Origin: a virus
Lineage: Duplodnaviria > Caudoviricetes
Strand: one strand, 5' to 3'
DNA length: 64,000 nucleotides
Virus record (IMG/VR): IMGVR_UViG_3300015607_004593
Span: 32,001 to 96,000 of that record
Positions within the stretch are counted from its first letter, which is position 1; the number at the start of each line of letters is the position of its first letter. The notes under the pieces were generated by a model. The model did no database searches and was not told the origin of the DNA. It was given only the letters and a program-made list of their open reading frames with translations. A program made the position numbers and the translations under genes. Of this stretch, positions 26,815-35,438 are shown piece by piece.

Positions 26815-27207
26815 TTAAATTTCAAAATACTCCCATCTTGACTCCTCATTATTAAAAACATACAAAAATTCACAATTTGCTTTTTGTGCTGACCTCTTTA
26901 ATTCATAGTAAGTATAATATTTCCTAGCTTGAGTGCCCTTATCTCCCCTATCTCTCCCGTAAGCAACCGTGTGTCCTTTCACTGGTGAAGAGAAGGTATG
27001 ACCTTCAGGCTTCTCTATTGAGGGATAAAGTGCTGATAAATCCCCTAAAGCTAGAAGTTCTTTGATTCTTTCTACGTTTGCAAAGGAGCTAGTCAGAGTA
27101 GGAAGCATCGCTTCAGGGTATCCATCCCAGTGGCAATAAATTGACGTGTAATAGTCAGTACCATTGGTTCCGGTCTGCTTAAGAGCAATCATTGAACGTG
27201 TTGCCAT
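26815..27207 (-). CDS. conserved phage early protein (MATRS...YCHWDGYP family)
   Basis: MATRSMIA, IYCHWDGYP, LGDLSAL, AYGRDRGD; AGGAG RBS. Confidence 0.8.
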   Translation of the reverse strand: MATRSMIALKQTGTNGTDYYTSIYCHWDGYPEAMLPTLTSSFANVERIKELLALGDLSALYPSIEKPEGHTFSSPVKGHTVAYGRDRGDKGTQARKYYTYYELKRSAQKANCEFLYVFNNEESRWEYFEI

Positions 27208-27279
27208 TGTAGCAATCTCCTAGAGAGTTTAAAGGTTTGGTTCCTTTTTTAAAACTTCCTTTCCCTAAACTGCAAAAAG

Positions 27280-27308
27280 ATTATAATCTTTTTTTTAAGA
27301 TTGATCAA
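27280..27308 (-). promoter_or_regulatory. sigma70-type early promoter
   Basis: TTGATC-17 bp-TATAAT. Confidence 0.65.
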
Positions 27309-27406
27309 CCTTTTTTTTGAAAAAATAAAAAAAATCCTACCTCGAAAATGTTACACTCCCGAAGTAGGATTTTGAAGATTATTTCTTAAAAATAAAAAGC
27401 ATGTGA

Positions 27407-28287
27407 TTAAGGCTTATCAATAACTCCACGCCCATTGCAATGAGGACAATTAATCAAAGGTCTATTAATAATTCCCATCAATTCATCTAAAAACTCCTGA
27501 ACCTTATTTTTTAAATCTTCAAATGACTTTCCCGTGATAGGTTGTATCACTGGATAGTTTTGATAGGCTTTAGGTGCCATCTTAAAAATTTCAACATCCC
27601 TAGTGTCAATAATGTTGTTATTTACATGACAACCATCATTGTCATTCTTATTAAAACTTGGAATGTGTTTCTTAACAGCAAAACAAAAATCATAATCTGA
27701 AGAAACAAAAGCAACTGATTTATCAATATGAGTTTTGATGTATTCTCTAGTATGATTAAACATCCACAATGAATCAAGAGTAGATGATGTATCTTGTAAC
27801 AAATCAGGATTTGTTATTATTTCATCTATAAGATTATGCTTGATGTTTTGAAAAGGAGCTTTTACAAAATTCCAATCTGTTTCTTTTGTTGCAATACATT
27901 CAATACTAAATTCCTCTTCTTTAAAATTTTCAGGAATGATTTCATAAACAGGCTCATAAAGGTTGAAAAGAGGATGTTCAAAATCATATTCTGTATCATT
28001 TTCATAACACCACTTTTCAAAAAAATCAGATGCTAATGTCTTAAAGGTATAGATTCAGATGGTGTATAATCATCATTCAAAGTATAAGAAATAATAATAC
28101 TTTGTTTAAAAATAATTTATTCTACTTTCTTAGGTATAGAAGATACTTTAACCCAATTATGCTTAAATGTTTCTTCAGGTTGTTGTCCATCAAATAGAAG
28201 ATTACTTAAAGGAATAAATTTAGTATTATTCTTAGAATAAGAAAGAAAAACAGATGAATGGGTATAAATCATATCAAAATAAAGCAT
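27407..28287 (-). pseudogene. disrupted phage gene (in-frame stop plus frameshift)
   Basis: ATG at 28287 (MLYFDMIYTH...), TAA at 28119-28117, frameshift near 28040, then an open frame into the tracked ORF 27407-27802 (SSDYDFCFAVKK...CPHCNGRG). Confidence 0.65.
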
Positions 28288-28493
28288 GAAAAAATTAAAC
28301 CTCTTTGTTTGTTTGCATTAAAAACTTTTTTTCTTACTTTCTTTTAAAAATTTTCTTAATCTTTTTCTTAAAAAGAAAAAAGATAAATCTAGGAAAGTAA
28401 ACGATTAAAAAATAGATAACTACTAAGAAAATTAACCAATCAATAATTATCATAGGGAATTTATAATCCTAAGTTAAGTTAGATAAAATTTTT

Positions 28494-28799
28494 CTACAGG
28501 AAACTATTTTTAGAAATAATAAAATTAATTTTTTCATCTAGTTCTTTTCTTATATCAGGAGGGTAAATATCAACGAATAATTCATGTATAGTACTTTTAA
28601 TCTTTTTTTCAGACCATCCTGCTTTTAAAGCATCTTGAGTAAAATGAACCCATGATATAACAAAATTATATTTTTGCGTAATATCATAAATGACTTGAAG
28701 GGGTAAACCATAAGTATCATAAAGTAAAAAAATATTAGAAATTACATTAAACCCTTCTTTTGTTTTCCCAACTACATCAAAATTAAATTTCTTTTTCAT
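28494..28799 (-). CDS. protein resembling an alanyl-tRNA synthetase helical fragment
   Basis: IFLLYDTYGLPLQVI resembles AlaRS AFxLYDTYGFPxDL; only 101 aa, no catalytic core. Confidence 0.55.
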   Translation of the reverse strand: MKKKFNFDVVGKTKEGFNVISNIFLLYDTYGLPLQVIYDITQKYNFVISWVHFTQDALKAGWSEKKIKSTIHELFVDIYPPDIRKELDEKINFIISKNSFL

Positions 28800-28868
28800 T
28801 TTTTTTCCTTTATAAAAAGAAAAGTCTATACATCTCTAAAAAGAGAATATATAGACCTTTTAAAGAAT

Positions 28869-28943
28869 TGGTAGGCGCGGATGGAATCGAACCATCTTAG
28901 CCGGATTAAAAGTCCGGTACTTCACCGAAAAAGTTTCACGCCC
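28869..28943 (-). tRNA. tRNA-Lys(TTT)
   Basis: GGGCGTG...CCGGA CT TTT AA TCCGG...GGTTCGATTCC...CGCGCCTACCA; encoded CCA. Confidence 0.92.
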
Positions 28944-28948
28944 AAAAT

Positions 28949-29025
28949 TGGCGTCCCAGGAGAGATTTGAACTCCCGACCCACATCTTAGAAGGATGTTG
29001 CTCTATCCAACTGAGCTACTGGGAC
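28949..29025 (-). tRNA. tRNA-Arg(TCT)
   Basis: GTCCCAGTAGCTCAGTTGGATAGAGC, ACATC CT TCT AA GATGT, GTTCAAATC, CCA end. Confidence 0.95.
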
Positions 29026-29054
29026 AATTTTAATTTAAATTATTTATTTCAATT

Positions 29055-29131
29055 TGGTGGCCCTTGTAGGATTTGAACCTACAACCAAAGAATTATGAGT
29101 TCTCTGCTCTAACCACTTGAGCTAAAGGGCC
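29055..29131 (-). tRNA. tRNA with CAT anticodon, most likely tRNA-Ile2 (lysidine, reads AUA)
   Basis: GGCCCTTTAGCTCAAGTGGTTAGAGCA...CTCATAAT...AAGGGCCACCA closely resembles enterobacterial ileX/ileY; paired G1-C72, so not an initiator. Confidence 0.88.
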
Positions 29132-29180
29132 ATTCTTTTTTCATACTGTTTTTGTTCTTACATCAAAACAGTATGAAAAT

Positions 29181-29209
29181 ATTTTAAATCATCCCGATGA
29201 AAAAAGCAA
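29181..29209 (-). promoter_or_regulatory. sigma70-type promoter of the tRNA cluster
   Basis: TTGCTT-17 bp-TAAAAT about 50 nt upstream of the first tRNA. Confidence 0.6.
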
Positions 29210-29238
29210 CCCCTTTTTAAACATTTTTCATTTTCCCC

Positions 29239-29502
29239 TCACTCCACATATTGAGCGCAAATAACCGGCGTTGTTTTTATCTTAGGTGCATTTCCTAGCA
29301 AAATAACTTCCGTTTCATGTGGATAAACCCAAAGATTAATCCACTCAGAATTTTGTTTACAATCTTCCTTTTCACTATAAATTCTAGAGATTGTTGGATG
29401 CGTTTTTCTTGCAACCTCTTCAGATTCAGCAATGACTTTAATAAAAATAAATCCACGTTGTGTGGGATTTTTTCTATTAACTTGCCACAAAAATAAATTC
29501 AC
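29239..29502 (-). CDS. hypothetical protein
   Basis: 87-aa ORF, GTG start with GAGGA RBS. Confidence 0.6.
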   Translation of the reverse strand: MNLFLWQVNRKNPTQRGFIFIKVIAESEEVARKTHPTISRIYSEKEDCKQNSEWINLWVYPHETEVILLGNAPKIKTTPVICAQYVE

Positions 29503-29532
29503 TTTTTTATCCTCTTAAAAAAGAAAAAAAGA

Positions 29533-30210
29533 TTAATCAAAAAGAAAAGAATCTATTTCTTCAGCAATCTCTTTAGGCTTAAGAATAAATTCTATACCTG
29601 TTCCTTTGATTTGAGGAGAAACATTTAAATCAATAGCTAATAGATTTCCAGATGAAGTTTCCTCAACAAAATCTATAGCTAAAAGAGGAAAAGAATTTCT
29701 TTCTTTCATGATTGAAGAAGAAAGGTCAAGGTAATAATGTTCAATTGGATTGAGAATTTGAATATCAACATTATCTCCACAATTTGATCTCCACTTGTCT
29801 GAAGATTGATAAGAAAGCCAAAAAATATGTTGTCCTATAAAAAGTAATCTTATTGAAATAGGAAAATCTCTAGGTTGAATAAACTCGGAAGCAAAGTGAT
29901 GATTAAATTCTTTAATATCATTTTCATTGGGGTAAACAAGTATTTTTCCTTCACCTTGATGAGAAGATTCATTAAGATAAATGACAAGTGGTGTTCCTTC
30001 TGGTAATTCTAATAATAAATCTTTAACTTTTCCAAACCTTGGAGTAAGAATATTTCTTTCTTTAAACCAAGTAAACATCTCACTTCTACTCATTCCACCG
30101 AAAGAGTTTCTTTGAAAGATATTATCTGTCTTTCGTCTCATTGGTCTGATAGAATCAATAAACCAATGGTCATAACAATCTCTAAAATCAGACTCAAGAA
30201 TTGCTCTCAT
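29533..30210 (-). CDS. ATP-grasp-like protein
   Basis: SHQGEGKIL, ASEFI, WRSN, AIDFV...LLAIDLNVSP resemble ATP-grasp motifs. Confidence 0.55.
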   Translation of the reverse strand: MRAILESDFRDCYDHWFIDSIRPMRRKTDNIFQRNSFGGMSRSEMFTWFKERNILTPRFGKVKDLLLELPEGTPLVIYLNESSHQGEGKILVYPNENDIKEFNHHFASEFIQPRDFPISIRLLFIGQHIFWLSYQSSDKWRSNCGDNVDIQILNPIEHYYLDLSSSIMKERNSFPLLAIDFVEETSSGNLLAIDLNVSPQIKGTGIEFILKPKEIAEEIDSFLFD

Positions 30211-30237
30211 TGTAATAGATACTCCTCAAAAAATGAT

Positions 30238-30774
30238 TTAAGAAAACAACAAAGAATAAACTTTAGAAACATCACAAGCATCTACTTCCACAAAAGGAAT
30301 TGAAAACTCAAGCAAAATAGATTTTAATTCTTCATCTATCTTCTTTGCTTCTTCTTCCGTTTGCAATCTTCCACGTTGTTCATATATTTCATCTTTATTT
30401 CTTCTTAAAAAGAAATTAACATTATCAAACTCATGATAAGAAGAAATGATCATTTCTTCTGTTTTTTGTTTATCTGAAACATTATCAGGATAAAATCTAT
30501 TGTAATAGATTCCAAGAGCTATCGGTGAATCTGTAATAATGAAATCTACATGGTCTTTTAGAATAGAAATCTTTGAATATTGTTTCCTAGAAACATAATA
30601 TTGATTCTTTAATGTTTCATAATCCTTTTTCCAAACTAATGTCTTAGCGTATTCAGGAACAAATTCAGCAACATGTCCATTCATTTTTAATTTAGCAAAC
30701 AAAAGACATGAAGTGATGGTTTTTCCTATTCCCGGCCCACCAAAAAAATTAATGACTTTTGTTTTATGAGACAT
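30238..30774 (-). CDS. P-loop kinase/ATPase (NadR/AAA_28-like)
   Basis: INFFGGPGIGKT, EFVPEYAK, IITDSP, GRLQTEEEA. Confidence 0.8.
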   Translation of the reverse strand: MSHKTKVINFFGGPGIGKTITSCLLFAKLKMNGHVAEFVPEYAKTLVWKKDYETLKNQYYVSRKQYSKISILKDHVDFIITDSPIALGIYYNRFYPDNVSDKQKTEEMIISSYHEFDNVNFFLRRNKDEIYEQRGRLQTEEEAKKIDEELKSILLEFSIPFVEVDACDVSKVYSLLFS

Positions 30775-30821
30775 CGAAATTTACTCCTCTTGATAAGTTT
30801 TAGTTGAAGTTAAAAAAGATT

Positions 30822-31634
30822 TTAGTCTAAAGAAAAGTATTCAGTAAAATCATCTTCACTCATCTTTGTCCAATCAGTAAAGATTGAAAGTTGAGGTTGT
30901 TTTTGAAGAATAAGTTTCCAATCTTCACCATTTAATTTATCCCAATTACATAATTCAGAAAATTGAGGTTGTTTTTGAAGAAGTATACACCAATCATAAC
31001 CACTTATACTCTCCCAATTTGAAAAGAAAGAAGAGAATTGAGGATTGTTGGAAAGAATATGCACCCAATGAATATCAGACAATGTTTCTTTTCTACAAAA
31101 AGGAAAGAAGTCAGGATGTGCTTTAAGTAGGTCAATCCAATAACATCCCTTTATTTGTTTCCAATTACAATAAACATTAAACTTAGGTTGTTTTATTAGA
31201 AGTTCAACCCAATGCCAAGGGTTTAATGTATCCCAATTGCAATGAATATGCAAATGAGGTTGTTCAGTTAATAATTTCAACCAATCAGAACCTTCAAAAT
31301 AATTCCAATGTTTGAATTTTTTACTTAGATGTGGTTGGTGTACAAATAACGTTGCATAATTTTCACCTACACCTATACTCCAAAAATCAGGGTTGTATTG
31401 TTCACATTGAACAATATATTGAGGTTTTTCAGAAAGCAACATTATCCAATTCCAATGAGAAAAATCTTTCCATGGGCAATTTTTCTCAAAAAGAGAATAA
31501 TCATTACAAAGACACCAAACTCTAAAATCTAAAGGCATCTCTTCAGTCAACAACATCTCTAAAGGTTTTTCTCCTTCTTCTTTAGAAGAAGAGGTAGAAT
31601 TTTCAAACAATTTTTGAAAGGTTGAATTAGTCAT
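30822..31634 (-). CDS. Trp-rich ~22-aa tandem repeat protein
   Basis: about 9 units like W..LL..QPQF...CNW..L.G.. Confidence 0.75.
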   Translation of the reverse strand: MTNSTFQKLFENSTSSSKEEGEKPLEMLLTEEMPLDFRVWCLCNDYSLFEKNCPWKDFSHWNWIMLLSEKPQYIVQCEQYNPDFWSIGVGENYATLFVHQPHLSKKFKHWNYFEGSDWLKLLTEQPHLHIHCNWDTLNPWHWVELLIKQPKFNVYCNWKQIKGCYWIDLLKAHPDFFPFCRKETLSDIHWVHILSNNPQFSSFFSNWESISGYDWCILLQKQPQFSELCNWDKLNGEDWKLILQKQPQLSIFTDWTKMSEDDFTEYFSLD

Positions 31635-31754
31635 AACAATTTATCCTCTTTCTTTCGTTTCTTTGTTTTTCAAACAATCATTGAATTTTAAAACCAAAAA
31701 AACCCTTAACTTATTTTATCATGAATAAGCTAAGGGCAATGGTTTCTCCAACTA

Positions 31755-31973
31755 TTACACAATCAAATCAAAAGTTTGATCGCGTTTCTTGATATTGCGC
31801 GAAACAGGATTAATCGGCTCTACTTTACAGAAAAGAAAAGATTCAAAAATCGTATCGGGTAGTTTCTCTTTTAAAAGCATCTCAAATACTAAAGGATTAC
31901 CATGATGCTGGTAAGTTACTTTGTATTTGAATTGTTTTTTAACAGCGGAACAACCTTCTTGGAGATTTTTCAT
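31755..31973 (-). CDS. hypothetical protein
   Basis: 72-aa ORF followed by a hairpin. Confidence 0.5.
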   Translation of the reverse strand: MKNLQEGCSAVKKQFKYKVTYQHHGNPLVFEMLLKEKLPDTIFESFLFCKVEPINPVSRNIKKRDQTFDLIV

Positions 31974-32063
31974 CTTGAGTGGTTTACTCTTCAGGTTGGT
32001 GGTTAGGAACTAAAGGGTTTCTTTACTTTCCCCCTTAAAGGGGGAAAGGGATTATTATTTTTT

Positions 32064-32609
32064 TTATTTTGTTCTAAAACTTCTTACCGTTGATGATACT
32101 ACACCAAAGGCATCTAAAGTTTGATTTTGGTTGTAATTAAAGGTTTTATTTTGATAAAACCCTAAACGTTTCCCAACAGCCCAAGCATCTTGATTTGCTG
32201 CTAAAAAGATAACATCCCATCCATATTTTTCTTGATGATGTTTCATCAAATCATTAATTTGTTCCTTCGTAAATTCATGAGAGGCATTTTCTTGTCCATC
32301 GGTAAGAATAGCCATAACAACTTTCTCAGGAGACTCTTTTGAGAATCTATCAGAGACATGAGAAAATGTTTTTCCCATTGAATCTAGGAGTGCAGTCATT
32401 CCCCCTGAAGGCCATGAAGTCAAAGGTTTCATTTCTGATAATTTACCTTCATAAAATACATCAAAGGTATCATCAAAAAAGATGATGGTTAAATTTGCCT
32501 CTCCAATTTCTTGTTGTGCTTTCAAGAAAGCATTAAATCCACCAACATTATCATTGTGGTAAGCTTGCATTGAACCGGATTTGTCAAGAACTACAATTAT
32601 TTCTTGCAT
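32064..32609 (-). CDS. von Willebrand factor A domain protein
   Basis: VVLDKSGSM (MIDAS DxSxS), GMTALLD, ILTDGQENAS. Confidence 0.9.
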   Translation of the reverse strand: MQEIIVVLDKSGSMQAYHNDNVGGFNAFLKAQQEIGEANLTIIFFDDTFDVFYEGKLSEMKPLTSWPSGGMTALLDSMGKTFSHVSDRFSKESPEKVVMAILTDGQENASHEFTKEQINDLMKHHQEKYGWDVIFLAANQDAWAVGKRLGFYQNKTFNYNQNQTLDAFGVVSSTVRSFRTK

Positions 32610-32708
32610 AACAATTTACTCCGAAAGAATGAAATTAAGCCGATTTAAGAGGTGAAAAAGAGAATTCAAATTTTCTTTTCACCTCTTTCTTTACTTCACA
32701 TCAACCCA

Positions 32709-33224
32709 TCAATAATTCCGAAAGTGTTTAACGGCAATATCACCGTATGCCGTTAAACTTCTAATGAATTTATTTGATGGTTTACAATACGGATTTCCAC
32801 CCTGAAGAATTGATGAAAGCCCATAAAGATAATACCTCATTGTTCTTTCATTAACATCCGGGTAGAAATGTCTAATGAAAAAGTCTCTAAATTTATCATT
32901 TGAATAATAAGAAATAATTATTTGCAGAGAAGAAATTCTATCTTGTTTTGTTTGAGTTTCTACGGCTTTCTTAACTTCAAGTAAAGACATAGACTTATGT
33001 TTATTTTTTTCATACAACCTAACGTTGATTAATGAAAATTTTTTCCTTTTAGGAAATGAAGAATGTTTCTTCACTGATACTACAGTAGTAGTAGGTTTAA
33101 ATTTTTCTTTTTTGATATTTGATTCTGAGCTATCTTTGATAGCTTTGATAGATGCAAAGGGAATGAACATAGAAGGGGAATGATTGAAATTAACTTCATG
33201 GGATAACGACATGATTAAAATCAC
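32709..33224 (-). CDS. hypothetical basic protein
   Basis: 171-aa ORF; TTTACA/TATAAT promoter-like element at about 33351-33378. Confidence 0.6.
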   Translation of the reverse strand: MILIMSLSHEVNFNHSPSMFIPFASIKAIKDSSESNIKKEKFKPTTTVVSVKKHSSFPKRKKFSLINVRLYEKNKHKSMSLLEVKKAVETQTKQDRISSLQIIISYYSNDKFRDFFIRHFYPDVNERTMRYYLYGLSSILQGGNPYCKPSNKFIRSLTAYGDIAVKHFRNY

Positions 33225-33414
33225 CTCTTAAAAAAGGAAACAAAAGGAATTGTTTGACTCAACTTTTTTCATTCTCACAAAGATTTCAATAAAACATGGA
33301 TATAGTCTCCTTCTAAAACTGTTATTCGGCTTTGTTTTTAAATTTAAGACATTATACACACAAATTTATGCTTGTAAATAGACCTTTTTTAAATTTTTTT
33401 ATGTTCATTTTTAG

Positions 33415-34071
33415 TTACACCCTATGCCTGAATGATTTTTTTATGTCGAATCCGGCCGCAGTAATTTTATTTTCATTTGCAACCTCAACCGGCGGTTTAA
33501 CATCAGGATTTTCTCTTAAGACATTTGAAATATAACTATATACATCTTGAAAAAGTATCTCAGGGGATTTTATTTTCATAAATCCAATTTTTTCTAAGGA
33601 TGGAATTCTTTTCTCTAAAGAACATAGAGAGTATTTTAAATTATTTTTTATTATACTTATATGAGAAATAATAAAAACAGGTTGTTGAATTTGTTTTGAA
33701 ATCTCTTCAGCAGTTATACTTTTTACTGCAAAAGAATGTTCAAATCTTTGTCTATTAAAAAAATAACTTTCTTCAGATAAAATTAATGACATATCATTCT
33801 TTGTTAATAATCTAAAAGGTTCAGAACTTCCTGTTTTTTGATTCTTGAGAGAAATCAAAGGATAAACATATCCACAAACAACTAAGTATTTTTTTGAAAC
33901 TCTTTCTGGTGAAATTCTCAAAGAAGGTAAATCATTATCGCTTTTAATTCTTATCTCTAATGAAGAAGGAGATAATTCCTTTCTCAAATAAACAATTTTC
34001 TTATCACCACCACAAAAAAGAGTATGTGCAATGTAATCATAATAATCTTTAAAAGAAGAAATGATTTTCAT
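33415..34071 (-). CDS. conserved phage hypothetical protein
   Basis: MKIISSFKDYYD start and GFD.K.SFR end. Confidence 0.7.
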   Translation of the reverse strand: MKIISSFKDYYDYIAHTLFCGGDKKIVYLRKELSPSSLEIRIKSDNDLPSLRISPERVSKKYLVVCGYVYPLISLKNQKTGSSEPFRLLTKNDMSLILSEESYFFNRQRFEHSFAVKSITAEEISKQIQQPVFIISHISIIKNNLKYSLCSLEKRIPSLEKIGFMKIKSPEILFQDVYSYISNVLRENPDVKPPVEVANENKITAAGFDIKKSFRHRV

Positions 34072-34141
34072 TTTTTTTCCAAAAAAAAGGTGATAAGCCT
34101 AAAAAGAAAAATCTTTAGACTTATCAACAAAGAGAATAAAT

Positions 34142-34579
34142 TTATTTAGTATTTTTAATGCGTTTTAAAATTTCATCAACACAATCAATAAATTCAGTTA
34201 AAAATACTTTATCGGGTAAATCATGAAGAACAAAATTATTACCATTAACTATTTTTGAAATTTTCTCTAGTTCTTTGTGAATTTTATCACCAGTTAAATT
34301 CATACCTACATTTAACGTCATGTCATGATAAATATAAGAAGCAAATCCCTCAATATCTTTAAAGAGGGTTGTTGAAGAGAAAATAATCTTCAACTTATCT
34401 AAATTTTTATTAATGAGTTCTAAATTATAAAAATAATTTGAATTTGTACTTAATGATTTTTCTAATTCCTCTGCTTCTTTCTTGAGGTCAAGAATACGTT
34501 CCTTGACTTCAACATATTCGTTTAATTTATTAATAGTATCTCTTGAGAGATTATCTACATCAAGAATGATTAATTTCAT
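34142..34579 (-). CDS. hypothetical protein
   Basis: 145-aa ORF. Confidence 0.6.
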   Translation of the reverse strand: MKLIILDVDNLSRDTINKLNEYVEVKERILDLKKEAEELEKSLSTNSNYFYNLELINKNLDKLKIIFSSTTLFKDIEGFASYIYHDMTLNVGMNLTGDKIHKELEKISKIVNGNNFVLHDLPDKVFLTEFIDCVDEILKRIKNTK

Positions 34580-34617
34580 AGCTCAGTTCTCTACCTTTTG
34601 GTTTTAGAAAAAAAAGA

Positions 34618-35346
34618 TTAAGTGTTTAAAGATGTCCAATATTTAACATTGTAAGTTGAATTAACTAAACGAAGAATATAGATTGTATTCTGATTTCTAA
34701 CCATCCTAGCAATAACAAATTCATAATCTCCATCTAAAATCTTCAAAGTTTCCATTTGTACAAAAAAATTAAAATCTTGGATTACATCATCTTCATTCAA
34801 AGCTCTTATAGTATCTTCTGATTCATTAATAGCAATCTCCTTTGAATCTTTATTTGTTAAAGATAACATAATTTTCCCATTCTTTGAGAAAATACACAAG
34901 TGCTTAAGATAAGCAGCAATAGTACACATAGAACGAAGTTTTGCAAACAACTTTTCATTAACAGAAAAACGAAGAATTACATCTTCATGATCATAGGGTT
35001 TCTTTGGAGGAAGAACAATTACAGATTTATCAGCATAATGATACTTAAAACTTGATTTTGAGTTTTTAATTAGAATATATCCGTCATAAAATTCTAATTC
35101 AGCATCATCAAACTTATCATAAAATTTTAAAAATGTATCTAAACCATAAATAGCAAAACTTCTCGGAAAACTCTCCTCAAGAGTTGCTTGACAAATGATA
35201 GTGTTGATTGATGAAACCGTATATTGAATATTCCCCTCTTCAAAAAACATCCCCGGATTGTTTATTGCGAAATTGGAAAGAATTTTTTGTGTTTTTGGTG
35301 AAAGTTTCAAACCCATCTTAGTTTCTCTCTCTTTGTTAAAAGACAA
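34618..35346 (-). CDS. 45: Sliding clamp (gp45)
   Basis: LKLSPKTQKILSNFAINNPG, FPRSFAIYGLDTFL, YHYADKSVI..PPK, LKILDGDY, KYW. Confidence 0.92.
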   Translation of the reverse strand: MSFNKERETKMGLKLSPKTQKILSNFAINNPGMFFEEGNIQYTVSSINTIICQATLEESFPRSFAIYGLDTFLKFYDKFDDAELEFYDGYILIKNSKSSFKYHYADKSVIVLPPKKPYDHEDVILRFSVNEKLFAKLRSMCTIAAYLKHLCIFSKNGKIMLSLTNKDSKEIAINESEDTIRALNEDDVIQDFNFFVQMETLKILDGDYEFVIARMVRNQNTIYILRLVNSTYNVKYWTSLNT

Positions 35347-35438
35347 TAAAGTTATTTCTGATACAGAACCAACAAAAAAATTATAACACGCTTTGTTAGA
35401 AAAAAAAATAAATAATTATTAATTTTTCTTCATATAAA

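Noticed and set aside
13311-28119. Stop-codon reassignment suggested by two in-frame TAA codons
   Set aside because: TAA ends most genes, core genes are intact in the standard code, no suppressor tRNA is present, and both affected genes have a second lesion
29055-29131. Initiator tRNA-fMet
   Set aside because: G1-C72 is paired and the anticodon stem lacks three consecutive G-C pairs; the body matches the Ile2 type
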